This document shows positions 1-14,367 of a DNA stretch of 64,000 nt, piece by piece (positions within the stretch are counted from its first letter, which is position 1; the number at the start of each line of letters is the position of its first letter). Made by a program: the position numbers and the translations under genes. Where the stretch lies: NCBI RefSeq assembly GCF_009914755.1, contig NC_060928.1; one strand, given 5' to 3'. This stretch comes from the human T2T-CHM13v2.0 reference genome, Homo sapiens. A model generated the notes under the pieces. The model was not told the DNA's origin. It searched no databases and was given only the letters and a program-made list of their open reading frames with translations.

Positions 1-64
1 GGCAATCCACCCCCCTCGGCCTCCCAAAGTGCTAGGATTACAGTCATGAGCCACCATGCCCGGC
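1..64 (-). mobile_element. Alu 5' end (cut by window edge)
   Basis: cctcggcctcccaaagtgctaggattacagtcatgagccaccatgcccggc is the reverse complement of the Alu left-arm start. Confidence 0.9.
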
Positions 65-739
65 TGAAGACATGGGTTTCTTCATACCCTAGTGAAGGAT
101 AGAAAAGAAAATTTGGAAAAGATGAATGAATTCCAGAGGCCATTAATAGTGGGCTGCAGATTAAATAGACTACATTATGAAGAAGGGAAGCTATTTTTTT
201 CAACCATATAACTCAGTTTAAGGTACAAGAAGACTCCTGAGATATAAAACAGAATATTTCATATGAAGGAGTAAGAATGGCCTCATTTTTCTGGCCAAAT
301 TTGACATTAACTAAAATAGGAAAAAATGAATCTGTGTCTTCCAATTATGTTAAACTCACATTTGGTTAATTTGAAAGGTTAACCAAAAAATGTAGCTACA
401 GGAAAATATGAGAGGCTGATCTAATGGGATTATTTGTTTCTTGGTGTGAAATTATTTTGGTTTATTACTATCTTATTATATTTCCCAATATCCCTTTTCC
501 TCTTTCTCCTAATAGCTTACTTCTCCTGAGCTCCCACCTCTGATTCAGTTCTCCTTGGTTAGGGTTTTCTACTTACCTATATGAAATTTACTAAAGAAAG
601 GCAGTAAGTAGCATCTTGGCTATCCTGTGTGCCTCATCAAGAAACCAAAAAATAAAAACTATTTTTAGCATATCAAACTTTGACAGTTCTTTTAGAAAAA
701 GTAAATCTCCTTTTTAAGGCATAAGGAAACACTTATGCT

Positions 740-866
740 GAGACAGAGAACAACATGGGGAAAATATGCCTCCATGATCCAATCACCTCCCACAAGGCAC
801 CTCCGCTCACACGTGGGGATTTAAATTTGAGATGAGACTGGGTGGTAACACAGTCAAATCATATCT
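740..866 (-). mobile_element. MaLR LTR fragment (MST-like)
   Basis: ccatgatccaatcacctcccac...ggggatt...gagatgag...acacagtcaaatcatatc matches the reverse complement of the MST/THE1 5' end. Confidence 0.75.
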
Positions 867-939
867 ATAAGGTAACGTGCAATCAGCCACATCTGAAAGA
901 AGGTGGGAAATCATTAGCAGAATCAGTAAGTGTATCCAT

Positions 940-1655
940 TAGAGCTTAATCAGAGGAGGAGGATCACAAAGATGGACACAGAAGAAGGGATTTATTAAAA
1001 AGTTTAAACTTTAAAATTGTTTGAGAAGCTGGGGAAATAAAACTCCAGAAGAAAGCATTTTAGAGAATTAGAAAAAAAAAAAAAGTCACAAACCAGGAAC
1101 CTCAGGCAAGAGCTGATGGAGAGGTCTTTCTGCAAGTCTCTTACCTCTGCACCTGGCAGTGAGTCTGAAGTTGCTACAGGTCAGGTAGGCCAAGAGATAG
1201 GAAAATAAACTTGGCTACAAAGCTGGAGAAATCGAGGAAAAACTAGAATCCACGAAGGCCAACAGGAACTCACAAAAACAAACTGAAACCCAAGAGGACA
1301 AACAGAAACATGCAGGAATATCCCTGTCCATACTGCAACAGTGGTGACCTACAGGAATCTGGTGCCTTTCACTGTGGGGCTGTGCAGGTGCCTGGCCCTG
1401 GACTTGGAGAAGCTGGAGGAGGGGACCCAGCAAGATCTGACACAGATGCAGACATTGATGCAGATGAAGCTGCAGGTCTTGCTGCTGCCCGCCCCAAAGA
1501 AGCAAATCAGCAGATCATTGGCCATATACATAGAACCCTACAATGAACCTTCTGAGTGCCATTGCCTGCTGCCTCCTCTGCCCTCCAAATGTCACATACA
1601 TTTCTCCTGTGCCCAACTCTAACCCAGAATCATACAGGAAAGGAGCATCCAGCAC
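940..1655. mobile_element. Probable ancient degraded LTR
   Basis: Old-LTR-like texture (agggatttatta..., cccaactctaacccagaatcatacaggaaagg); family not assignable by eye. Confidence 0.35.
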
Positions 1656-1762
1656 AACTTTTCCTTACATATATAATTTATTCAATATTATTTCCCAAGC
1701 CTATCATATATAAATTCACATTGTCTCCCTTTTTCTATCCTAATATCCCCCAAATCCTCTAA

Positions 1763-1874
1763 AGCAGTGATTCTCAAACTTTAGAGTATAGAAGAATCAC
1801 CTAGGAATCTTCCTAAAAGGCAGATTCCAATTCAGTAGGTCCAGGATGGGGCCTGAGGTTCTGCATGTCTAACA
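1763..1874. mobile_element. MER5A-like hAT-Charlie DNA transposon fragment
   Basis: cagtgattctcaaactt...agaatcacctagg...attcagtaggtccaggatggggcctgag...ctgcatgtctaaca. Confidence 0.75.
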
Positions 1875-1884
1875 TATGTCTTTA

Positions 1885-2325
1885 TGAGAGGTGACAGCGT
1901 GTTGGCAGCCCTCACAGCCCTCACTCGCTCTCGGAGCCTCCTCGGCCTTGGCGCCCACTTTGGTGGCACTTGAGGAGCCCTTCAGCCCACGGCTGCACTG
2001 TGGGAGCCCCTTTCTGGGCTGGCCAAGGCCGGAGCTGACTCCCTCAGCTTGCAAGGAGGTGTGGAGGGAGAGACGCGAGCCGGAACCGGGGCTGCGCGGC
2101 TTGCGAGCCAGCTGGAGTTCCGGGTGGGCGTGGGCTTGGCGGGCCTCGCACTTGAGCTGCCGGCCGCCCCGCTGGCCCCGGGCAATGAGGGGCTTAGCAC
2201 CCGGGCCAGCGGCTGCGGAGGGTGTGCTGGGTCCCCCAGCAGTGCCGGCCCACCGGCGGGGCGCTCAATTTCTCGCCGGGCCTTAGCTGCCTCCCCGCGG
2301 GGCAAACCCACCAATTCCGGACACA
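1885..2325 (+). mobile_element. LTR12C-type (ERV9) solo LTR, internally deleted
   Basis: Begins tgagaggtgacagcgtgttggcagccctc, ends aacccaccaattccggacaca; 4-bp TSD TTTA at 1881-1884 and 2326-2329; CpG-rich. Confidence 0.9.
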
Positions 2326-2555
2326 TTTACACAAGATTTAATCCTCAGAAATAAAAATGCTGTTGTGGAAATTTTTAAATTGTGTTTCAGGAGGTCCTGA
2401 AACACAATCAAATAAATAAGTAAAAGATTTCATATAGATAAGTAAAAAACCCTAAACAAAGGAAACTTAATTGGAGGAGAGAGCGCAGGAGAATTAGGGT
2501 ATTAGGAGAAGGAGGAAAAGGGATACTATAAAATACAAAAGAAAAATAATAAACC

Positions 2556-2938
<383 letters not shown>

Positions 2939-3104
2939 TCACCTCCCCAGAGGTGCCTAACAGGCCATGGATTGGTGGGGAAAAAGAAGCAAAGGACAGG
3001 TTTGGCCTCTGCGCCTGCCTTGTCTGCACTACTTTTATCTATTTTAAGGTATTCGAATTTCGTGTAAAATTTCACTTGCAGAAAAATATAGATGAGTTCC
3101 CTGG

Positions 3105-3458
3105 TGATATGGTTTGGCTGTATGCCCACCAAAATCTCAACTTGAGTTGTATCTCCTAGAATTCCCACAGGTTGTGGGAGGGACCCAGGTGGAGGTGATT
3201 GAATCATGGGGGCCAGTCTCTCCCGTGCTATTCTCGTGATAGTGAATAAGTCTCATGAGATCTGATAGGTGTATCAGGGGTTTCCGCTTTTGCTTCTTTC
3301 TCATTTTCTCTTGCCAGCGCTGTGTAAGAAGAGCCTTTCACCTCCCGCCATGATTCTGAGGCCTCGCCAGCCATGTGGAACTGTAAGTCCAATTAAACCT
3401 TTTTTTGTTCCCAGTTTCGGGAATGTCTTTATCAGCAGTGTGAAAACGGACTAATACA
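3105..3458 (+). mobile_element. THE1 (MaLR) solo LTR
   Basis: tgatatggtttggctg...aaaacggactaataca; 5-bp TSD CCTGG on both sides. Confidence 0.95.
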
Positions 3459-3690
3459 CCTGGTTTAACGACAACACAGATTGAAAATCATTTGAGTCTC
3501 AACGACCATGAGCTTAATTACAAAATTATTTTGGCATTGTTTTTGAAGAAAGGAAAATAAATGTTCCACTCAGCATTCTCTGAACTACATTATAAAAGTT
3601 TTAGTTTGGCACATTGAGAACATATGTTCATTTATTATTTTATTGATCCTTGCCTGTTCAAGAATACGAAATTGTCCTCAAATACTTTTA

Positions 3691-3852
3691 ATTTTTATTT
3701 ATTTTTGAGAGAAGGTCTCACTCTGTCACCCAGGCTGGAGTGCAGTGGTGCCATCATAGCTCACTGCAATCACCAACTCCTGAGCTCAAGTGATCCTCCC
3801 ACCTCAGCCTCCCAAAGTACTGAGATTACAGGCATGAGCCACCACGCCTGTC
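3691..3852 (-). mobile_element. Alu monomer (FRAM-like)
   Basis: Single Alu arm with T-rich tail; flanking cctcaaata(c/t)tttta direct repeat. Confidence 0.85.
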
Positions 3853-3944
3853 TTTCCTCAAATATTTTTAATATATTAACTGAATTCCCTTTATAACCTT
3901 AGGCGAAATCACTAACTTTCTCAAGAGCTTATTTATGTATGTTT

Positions 3945-4390
3945 AAATTCAAGTCAACAAACATTCGTTGAATACTAAATATGTTAGGGTAGGGGTGTAT
4001 CGTGTTAGGGTACAAGGGGCTTCACTCATGATTTCTGTCTTTGAAGAGATTTGCTTTCTATTAGGAAGAACAAAATGACTTACTATAAAACACCGTGAGA
4101 GGAAACCCATAAAAAGTGTTAATGTGCAAGAATTCAAATGAGAAATTGTCTCCAGTTGGAATGACCAGGTGGAGTTTAGAATTGGTAATGGAAATAAATC
4201 CTCAAAGGATGGATACGAATTCTTCTATCATTAATGAAGAGAAAAAAGTATTTCTGGTGAAAAGCACAGGTTGGACAAAGAATGGAGTCCAGAAAGTTAG
4301 AGAAATAGAGGTCCATGGGAAACAAGATGAGTGAGACCGGATTTGGACAGGGAGCAGAGTCCCCATGATTGTTGTGGAATCACTTGTCAC
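3945..4390. mobile_element. Degraded L2 fragment
   Basis: ttcaagtcaacaaacattcgttgaatac motif typical of an L2 3' end, followed by purine-rich L2-like sequence. Confidence 0.5.
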
Positions 4391-5094
4391 AGGAGTTCAG
4401 TCTTAATTGTAGGAGGAGCTGGGAAAATGAAGATCCAGAAGAGGGAGTTGGAGGATCAGAAAAGACACTCGGCAGTCCTTTTAAGAACCCATGTCCAGCA
4501 CAGCAAATGAGACTGGGAAGCGGAGTTCATAGGGAGGTATATAGACAGCTGTTGTTAATGTGAAGCTAGCACATCTGAGAGTGCACAAACATCTGGAGGC
4601 TGCCCAGAGGCTGATGTTGGTCAACAGGACCAACAGTTGAGGAGCTAGATACAAATCAGAAGAGAGCCAGAGCAAGTGGGAACCCGCTAGGCACCTCTAC
4701 ATGTTTTCATTACCTTCTACGACTAAAACCACCTTTAGAGAGTAATGGCCACTACTTCACTTTTGCTTTTTGATTCTCACCTGAGTTCTTCATAAGCCAC
4801 ACAGGGCGACTTATCCTGGGAAATATAGTGCCCAACTTAAATGAGTCAACGCGAACAAGCACCACACAAGTTGTCCTGATTAAGAGATATAAGATGCATA
4901 TGTGAATGTGCTGAAGGTCAGTTTGGTTAAGGTATCAGGGAACATGAGAGTGACCATGATTTCCATGGTGTGAAGTTGATTCTTAATCAAGGGAATCATC
5001 TCTAGTGAGGTGAGAGTGAGGTTTATTTTTGCAGGTTCAGGATGAAAAGCCTGAGACTGATCCAAAATTATCCAGTCCAGCATAAGAAAATATT

Positions 5095-5419
5095 CCTTGA
5101 CAGGATGCCCTAATCCATGCAGCCATGAGAGGGTTTTATTTAGATGAGAGAGAGAGCTCTATAGCAGTGCCTTCCAACTCCTGTGTCAAAGCAAGCCATT
5201 GTACTGGTATATGGAAAAGGGTTCAGGTATGCTGAGATATTCATCCTCCAAGCCTGCAGGGCAGCATGGTCGCAGTCAGAGCTCCTAGACCAGCTGCCTT
5301 GGGCAATGAGCATTTCTGTCCAGGGCTGAAGGCAGTGAGCATACTGGGCTACATTTATTTCTTGCTGCTTCCCCACCATTCACTCAGCACAGTGTGTGGT
5401 ACTCTAGCACCTGGGCATC
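5095..5419 (+). repeat. Copy 1 of a local ~320 bp direct duplication (possibly containing a hAT-Charlie-like fragment)
   Basis: Aligns by eye to 14045-14367, e.g. ctctatagcagtgcc...aactcctgtgtcaaagcaagcc...ggttcaggtatgctgagatattcatcc...gcacctgggcatc. Confidence 0.9.
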
Positions 5420-7414
5420 TCTTCCAGTAGCCATCTGCAGCATGAATTGCTATTCATAATGGACAAGGTGCCTGCAGAGCTGCTGAAGGAGTGCATGTTC
5501 CAGATGCCCAAGGAGCTCAGCAGGCAGCCGTAAGTATACTAGCAGGAGGTAAGAATGGCAGGAGGCCAGGGAGACTGTTTTTGGCAGGCACCACCCAAGG
5601 AGTAGCTCTGAATCTCTGCCTTCAGTTTTTGTAACACATATGGGTTTGTGGCTTAACTTGTTCCTTTTCTGATTCCAGCTAGCTTCAGGTGCACCTACAT
5701 TCTGACAATTAGAGCCTTGTCATTATTTTAAAATTGTGACATAAAAAATTTCATGTGGATTCAAAATCTATTAATATTAAAGATAATTTCAAAGTTTCAT
5801 CTCTGAGGGAGAAAATGGGGTCTTCTTTAAATACAGGTTCAGCTGTTACAAACAACTTGAATGGCTGAAAAAAATGGTTTTAATTTTTTAAATTACATGG
5901 CTATGTGAACAAAATTTATTTGATGGTAGCTATAAACAAAGTAATCATCATCTGAAATCATTAATAAGGAATTTACTATAGCCATTGAGAACATAAGACC
6001 TAATAACAAAATGTTATGTTCATGGAAGCAAATATGAGTTTTTTATTAAAAACCTTGGAAGATTCCATTTGTAAATTTTAATCATGTTCAATTGGTAACA
6101 ACTAAAAAGTATATATCATATAAAATAAATGTAATAAAATTTTTCACTAAGCACCACGGAGATTCCTCCAGATCCCCCCATTTACTCCAGTGTATTGTAT
6201 GATTGTAATTTTATGGTTTTCTATTTATTTCACTATGTTAAATATAAAATTGTCATGAAGAACTACTCTTGAGAAGGTTAGAAATGCACATTTCTTTGGG
6301 GTCAGAGAGACACAAATCTTGTAGCTCTAATTCCATATGTCCCCCTTATATCCCAACATTATCTTAACATTATATCCCAGTGGGCTGGCATTATTATGAA
6401 GGATATTTACAATTGAGACTCCTGGATGCAGGACTACTCTCCAGCTCCATGTCAGATAAAAAAAAATCACCCAGTGGCAAATGATTAGTGATTGGTAACT
6501 ACTGATTTGTCTTCTCAGTTTATCAATGTTTCTCTGAAAAAGTAATTATGTTAACTGAGTTCTTTAAAACTTATAGATTCAAGACTGCATTTTAAGAAGA
6601 CCAAACTGGCTGAGACTATATATGATGAGGAGAAAAGGGAGGAATGAAAGAAGGGAAGAAAAGTTGTATGCTGTTGCAATAGTCAGAGGACAATAATGAA
6701 GACCTAGCATAAGGCTGTACAGTAGCTGTGGAAAAGAGATTCTTGAGGCACTTTGTAGATAAAATCTTCAGAACTCTTGAGTTTGGGGAGAAAGAGACAT
6801 GTGAAAGAAGTCAAATATGACTGAAATGTTGATTGTGAGAGGATGGTAAAATAGAGTTAAGGAAGAGAAAAGGAAGAGATGGTTTAGGGAGGAGAATAAT
6901 GTATTTGGATCTGGAAATGTTAAATTTGGGTCCTGGGGTAGGACAACAATATAAACTGTTCTGCCAAAAAACCAAGTTACTGATCAGAATATGAGGAGAA
7001 ATGCCCTCAAATATATAGCTTAATTCTCAAACAGAAGGAGGAACATATTAACATATTTTTTAATTGTTTTTCCGTAAGTTATTGGGGCACAGGTGGTATT
7101 TGGTTACATGAGTAAGTTCTTTAGTGGTGATTTGTGAGATTTTGGTGCACTCATCACCTAAGCAGTATACAGTGCACCATATTTGTAGTCTTTTATCTCT
7201 CACCTCCCTCCCACTCTTCCCCCCAAATCCCCAAAGTCCAATGTATCATTCTTATGCCTTTGCATCCTCATAGCATAGCTCCTACATATCAGTGAGAAAA
7301 TATGATGTTTGGTTTTCCATTCCTGAGTTACTTCACTTAGAATAATAGTCTCCAATCTCATCCAGGTCACTGCAAGTGCTATTAATTCATTCCTTTTTAT
7401 GACTGCATAGTATT

Positions 7415-7417
<3 letters not shown>

Positions 7418-7476
<59 letters not shown>

Positions 7477-7516
7477 TACACACACACACATACATACACA
7501 CACACACATACATACA
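7418..7516. repeat. (TA)n(CA)n microsatellite inside the L1PB
   Basis: Seen directly. Confidence 0.95.
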
Positions 7517-9689
7517 CCACAGTTTCTTTATCCACTTGTTGATTGATGGGCCTTTGGGTTGGTTCTACGATTTTTCAATTGTGAATTGTGCTGCTATAAA
7601 CATGCGTGTGCAAGGATCTTTTTCAAATAATGAATTTTTTTCCTCTGGGTAGATACCCAGTAGTGGAATTGCTGGATCAAATAGTAGTTCTACTTTTAGT
7701 TCTTTAAGGAATCGCCACACTATTTTCTATAGCAGCTGTACTAGTTTACATTCCCACCAGCAGTGTAGAAGTGTTCCCTGTTCACATCCATGCCAACATC
7801 TGTTTTTTTAATTTTTTGATTATGTCCATTCTTGCAGGAGTAATGTGGTACCGCATTGTGGTTTTCATTTGCATTTCCCTGATCATTAGTGATGTTGAGC
7901 ATATTTTCCTATGTTTGTTGGCCATTTGTATAGCTTTTGAGAATTGTCTATTCATGTCCTTAGCCCACTTTTTGATGGGATTGTTTGGTTTTTTCTTACT
8001 GATTTGTTTGAGTTCACTGTAGATTCTAGATATTAGTCCTTTGTCCGATGTATAGATTGTGAAGATTTTCTCCACTCTGTGGGTTGTCTGTTTACTCTGC
8101 TGACTGTTCCTTTTGCCATGCAAAAGCTCTTTAGTTTAATTAGGTCCCAGCTATTTATCTTTCTTTTTATTGCATTTGCTTTTGGGTTCTTGGTCATGAA
8201 ACCCTTGCCTAAGCCAATGTCTAGAAGGGTTTTTCCAATGTTATCTTCTAGAATTTTTATAGTTTCACGTCTTAGGTTTAAGTCCTTAATCCATTTTGAG
8301 TTGATTCTTGTATAAGGTAAGAGATGAGGATCCAATCTCATTCTCCTACAGGTGGCTAGCCAATTATCCCAGCACCATTTGTTGAAAAGGGTGTCGTTTC
8401 GCCCACTTAATGTTTTTGTTTGCTTTGTCAAAGATCAGTTGGCTGCAAGTATTTGGGTTTATTTCTGGGTTCTCTATTCTGTTCCATTGGTCTGTGTGCC
8501 TAATTGTATACCAATACCATGCTGTTTTGGTGACTATGTCCTTATACTATAGTTTGAAATCACATAGTATGATGCCTCCAGATTTGTTCTTTTTGCTTAG
8601 TCTTGCTTTGGCTATGTGGGCTCTTTTTTGGTTCCATATGAATTTTAGAATTGTTTTTTCTAACTCTGTGAAGAATGATGGTGGTATATTGATGGGGATT
8701 GCATTGAATTTGTAGATTGCTTTTGGCAGTATGTTCACTTTCACAATATTGATTCCACCCATCCATGAGCATGGGATGTGTTTCCATTTGTTGGTGTTGT
8801 CTATGATTTCTTTCGGCAGTGGTTTGCAGTTTTCCTTGTAGAGGTCTTTTGACTCCTTGGTTAGGTATATTACTAAGTATTTTAATTTTTTGCAGCTATT
8901 GTAAAAGGGGTTGAGTTCTTGATTTGATTCTCTGCTTGGTTGCTGTTGGTGTATAGAAGAGCTACTGATTTGTATACATTAGTCTTGTATTCGGAAACTT
9001 TGCTGCATTCTTTTATCAGTTCTAGGAGCTTTCTGGAGGAGTCCTTAGGGTTTTCAAGATAAATGGTCATATTGTCAGCAATCAGTGACAGTTTAACTTC
9101 CTCTTTACTGATTTGGATGTCCTTTATGTCTTCTTGTCTGATTGCTCTGGCTAGGACTTCCAGTACTATGTTGAACGGGAGTGGTGAGAGTAGGCATTTT
9201 TGTCTTGTTCCAGTTCTCGGAGGGAATGCTTTCAACTTTTCCCCATTCAGTATTATGTTGGCTGTGGGTTTGTCATAGATGGCTTTTATTACATTAAGGT
9301 ATGTCCCTTGTATGCCAATTTTGCTGAGCGTTTTAATCACAAAGTCATGCTGGATTTCGTCGAAAGCTTTTTCTGCATCTGTTGAAATGATTATGTGATT
9401 TTTGTTTTTAATTCTGTTTATGTGGTGTATCACATTTATTGACTTGCATATGTTAAACCATCCCTACAACTGTGGTATGAAACCCACTTGATCATGGTGG
9501 ATTATCTTTTTGATATGTTGTTGGATTTGGTTAGCTAGTGTTTTGTTAAGGATTTTAGCATCTATGTTCACCAAGGATATCAGTCTGTAGTTTTCTTTTT
9601 TGATTCTTACCTGGTTTTGGTATTAGGGTGATGCCAACTTCATAGAATGATTTAGGGAGGGTTCCTTCTTTCTCTATCTTGTGGAATAG

Positions 9690-10184
<495 letters not shown>

Positions 10185-13100
10185 TGATCTTTTGTGTATC
10201 AGTGGTGTCAGTTGTAATATCTCCTGTTTCATTTCTTAGTGAAGTTATTTGGATTTTCTCTCTTCTTGGTTAATCTTTCCAATGGTCTATCAATTTTGTT
10301 TATCTTTTCAAAGAACCAGCTTTTTGTTTCGTTTATCTTTTGTATTTTTTTTGTTTGTTTCAATTTCATTTAGTTCTGCTCTGATCTTGATTATTTCCTT
10401 TCTTCTGGGTTTAGGTTTGGTTTGTTCTTATTTCTCTAGTTCCTTGAGGTGTGACCTTAGAGTGTCAGCTTGTGCTCATTCCGTCTTTTTGATTTAGGTG
10501 TTTAGGGCTATGAACTTCCTTCTTGGCACTGCCTTTGCTGTATCCCAGAGGTTTTGATAGGTTGTATCATTATCGTCTTTCAGTTTGAAGAATTTTTAAA
10601 TTTCCATCTTGATTTTGTTTTTGACCCAACGCTCATTCAGGAGCAGGTTATTTAATTTCCATGTGTTTGTGTGGTTTTGAAGGTTCCTTTTGCAGTTGAT
10701 TTCCAGTTTTATTCCACTGTGGTCTGAGATGGTGCTTGATACAATTTCAGTTTTCTTAAATTTATTGAGGCTTGTTTTATGGCCTATCATATGTTCTATC
10801 TTGGAGAAAGTTCCACATACTGTTGAATAGAATGAATAGAATCTGCGTTTGTTGAATTAAATTTTCTGTATATATCTGGTAAGTCCATTTGTTCCAAGGT
10901 ATAGTTCAAATCCATTGTTTCTTTGTTGACTTTCTGTCTTGATGACCTGTCTAGTGCTGTCAGTGGAATATTGAAGTTCCTCACTATTATTGTGTTGCTG
11001 TCTATCTCATTTCTTAGGTCTGTTATTAAATGTTTTATAAATTTGGGAGCGCCAGTATTAGGTGCATATATGTTTAGGATTGTGATATTTTCCTGTTGGA
11101 CAAGGCCTTTTAACATTACATAATGTCCCTCTTTGTCTCTTTTAACTGCTGTTGCTTTAAAGTTAGTTTTGTCTGATATAAGAATAGCTACACCTGCACA
11201 CTTTTGGTGTCCATTTGCATGAAATGCCTTTTCCCACCACTTTAAGTTTATGTGAGTCCTTATATGTTAGGTGAGTCTCCTGAAGGCAGCAGATGGTTTG
11301 TTGGTGAGTTCTTATCCATTCTGCGGTTCTGTATCTTCTAAGTGGAGCATTTAAGCGAGTTACATTTAACGTTAGTATTGAAATGTGAGGTACCATTGCA
11401 TTCATTGTGCTCTTTGTTGCCTGTTACTTTGGTTTTTTTGTTTTTTGTTTTGGCTTTTTAACTTGTGTTTTTGTTTTATAGGTCCTGTGTGATTTATGCT
11501 TTAAAGAGGTTCTGTTTTGATGTGTTTTCAGGATTCATTTCAAGATTTAGAGCTCCTTTTAGCAGTTCTTGTAGTGGTGGCTTGGTAATGGCAAATTCTC
11601 TTGGCATTTGTCTGAAAAAGACGTATCTTTCCCTCATATGTGAGGCTTAGTTTCACTGGATACAAAATTCGTGGCTGATAATTGTTTTGTTTGAGGAGGC
11701 TGAAGATAGGGCCTCAATCCCTTCTAGCTTGTAGGGTCTCTGCTGAGAAATCTGCTGTTAATCTGATAGGATTTCCTTTATAGGTTATCTGATGCTTCTG
11801 TCTCACAGCTCTTAAGATTCTTTCCTTCATCTTAACTTTGGATATCCTGATTACAATGTGTCTAGGCAAAGATCTTTCTGCAATGAATTTCCTGGGTGTT
11901 CTTTGTGCTTCTTGTATTTGGATGTTTGCGTCTCTAGTAAGACTGGGGAAGTTTCCCTCAATTATTCCCCCAAATATGTTTTCCAAGCTTTTAGAATTCT
12001 CTTCTTAGGAGCACTGATTATGTTTAGGTTTGGTCATTTAATATAATCCCAGACTTCTTGGAGGCTTTGTTCATATTTTCTTATTCTTTTTTCTTTGCCT
12101 TTTTTGGATTGGGTTAATTTGAAGACCTTGTCTTCGCACTCTGAATTTCTTTCTTCTACTTGTTCAATTCTATTGCTGAGACTTCCCTGAGCATTTCGCA
12201 TTTCTAAAACTGTGTCCAAAGTTTTCTGAATTTTTGACTGTTTTTTCTTTAAGCTATCTATTTCCTTGAATATTTCTGCCTTCACTTCTTGTATCATTTT
12301 TTGAATTTCCTTGCATTGGACTTCACCTTTCTCTGGTCTCACCCTGATTAGCTTAATAACTAAACTCCTGAATTTTTCAGGTAAATTAGGGATTTCTTCT
12401 TGGTTTGAATACATTGCTGGTGAACTAGTGTGATTTTGGGGGAGTGTTGAAGAGCCTTGTTTTGTCATATTACCAGGGTTGGTTTTCTGGTTCCTTCTCA
12501 TTTGGGTAGGCTCTGTCAGAGGGAAGGTCTAGGGCTGAAGGTCATTGTTCAGATTCTTTTGTCCCATGGGGTATTCCCTTGATGTAGTACTCTCCCCCTT
12601 TTCCTATGGATGTGGCTTCCTCTGAGCTGAATTGCAGTGATTGTTGTCTCTCTTCTGGGTCTAGCTACCCAGCTCCGGGCTGATACTGGAGGTTGTCTGC
12701 ACAGAGTCCTGTGATGTGAACCATCTATGGGTCTCTCAGCCGTGGATACCAGTGCCTGTTCCAGTGGAGGTGGCCAGTAGGGGAATACAATGGACTCTGT
12801 GAGGGTTCTTAGCTTTGGTGGTTTAATGCTCTATTTTTGTGCTGGTTGGCCTCCTGCCAGGAGGTGGCGCTTTCCAGAGACCATCAGCTGTGGTAGTATG
12901 GAGAGGAACCTGTGGTGAGTGGGGCCCTAGATATTCCAAGAGTATATGCCCTGTGTCTTCCGCTACCAGGGTGGGTAGAGAAGGACCATCAGGTGGGGGC
13001 AGGGCTAGATGTGTCTGAGCTCAGACCCTTCTTGGGTGGGTCTTGCTGTGGCTGCTGTGGGGGATGGGGGTGAGATTCCCAGGTCACTGGAGTTGTGTAC

Positions 13101-14044
13101 CTGGGAAAATTATGGCTGCCTCTGCTGAATCATGCAGGTTGTCAGGGAAGTGGAGGAAAGCCGGCAGTCACAGGCTCACCCAGCTGCCACACAAACTAAA
13201 GGGTGGGTCTCACTCCCACAATGCCTCCCACAACAGCCTTTAGTCCATTTTCAGGTGGAGAGTGATACAGGTTTGAAAACCTGCCCCTGGCCACCTACCT
13301 CCCAGCTGCGAAAGAAAAGGGCTTGGTTCTTCCCCCTCCCGTGGAGTCTGCACACTGGATTTGGGCCCTCACCCAAATTCTGGCCAGGAGGCTTCCCACC
13401 CCACTCAAATTGCTACAAAGTTCAGCTAGAGATTTGCTTCTCCCAGTGGAGTTTTACCCCCTGGTCTTCTCCTATTGGATCCCTGTGGTGCCAGGTAGGA
13501 ATGGGCTGCTAGGGGACCCAGCAAGCTCCCAGCGCCTTTCTGCTGCTGTATTTCACTTGGCTCTCTAAATTGACTCAGCTCCAGATAAAGTCAGAAACTT
13601 CTCCCACAAATAGACCTTCAGCTCCTCCCATGGGAGTGTGTGTTTGGGAGAGGAAGGTCTCCCTTTCCCACTAACGTGGTTGGGGCACTCAGTTTTTGGG
13701 GGGTCTCCCAGGTCCTGAAGGAGCAGTCTGCTTCCTTCAGAGGGTCTGTGGGTCCTCTTGGGATTGCTGGTTTTTTCTTGCAGTAGATCTGGAGCTAAAA
13801 TTCATGATGTGAGCCCCCCTCACACTGCTCTGTCTGGAGCTGCAATCTAGTCCTGCCTCCTATCCGCCATGATGATCAACAGACCAAAAGGAGGAACATA
13901 TTCAGTTGGTAGCAAATAAGAGTAATTCAGGCAACAGTAATTCAATTAAAGATTTTCGAGATTCAAAAAGTGTTTTTCATGTTTTGTGCTCTTCTTCTGC
14001 ATGGGTTTATAGATGTTCTTGGCTTCCCAGACTGTATCCCTAGC

Positions 14045-14367
14045 CTAATCTTGAGAGTTACCTAATTCTTGCAGCTATGAAATGGTTTTATTTAAGAGCG
14101 AGAACTCTATAGCAGTGCCGTTCAACTCCTGTGTCAAAGCAAGCCTTGTACTGGTGTATGGGAAGGGGTTCAGGTATGCTGAGATATTCATCCCCCAAGC
14201 CTACAGGACAGCATGGTCGCAGTCAGAGCTCGTAGACCAGTTGCCTTGACCAATGAACCTTTCTTTCCAGGGCTGAAGGCAGTGAGCATACTGGGCTACA
14301 TTTACTTCTTGCTGCTTCCCCACCATGCACTCAGCACAGTGCCCGACACTCCAGCACCTGGGCATCA
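14045..14367 (+). repeat. Copy 2 of the local ~320 bp direct duplication
   Basis: Homologous to 5095-5419; the ORF track shows near-identical spurious peptides MVGKQQE(I/V)NVAQYAHCLQPW. Confidence 0.9.

Noticed and set aside
1215-1622. Cluster of short ORFs
   Set aside because: No homology recognised; they lie in a probable old LTR.
1891-2354. GC-rich overlapping ORFs and CpG island as a gene promoter or first exon
   Set aside because: Fully explained by LTR12C sequence.
5140-5379. Duplicated peptide MVGKQQEINVAQYAHCLQPW as a paralogous exon
   Set aside because: Frames and stops are not conserved between the copies, there is no recognisable protein and no convincing splice pair.
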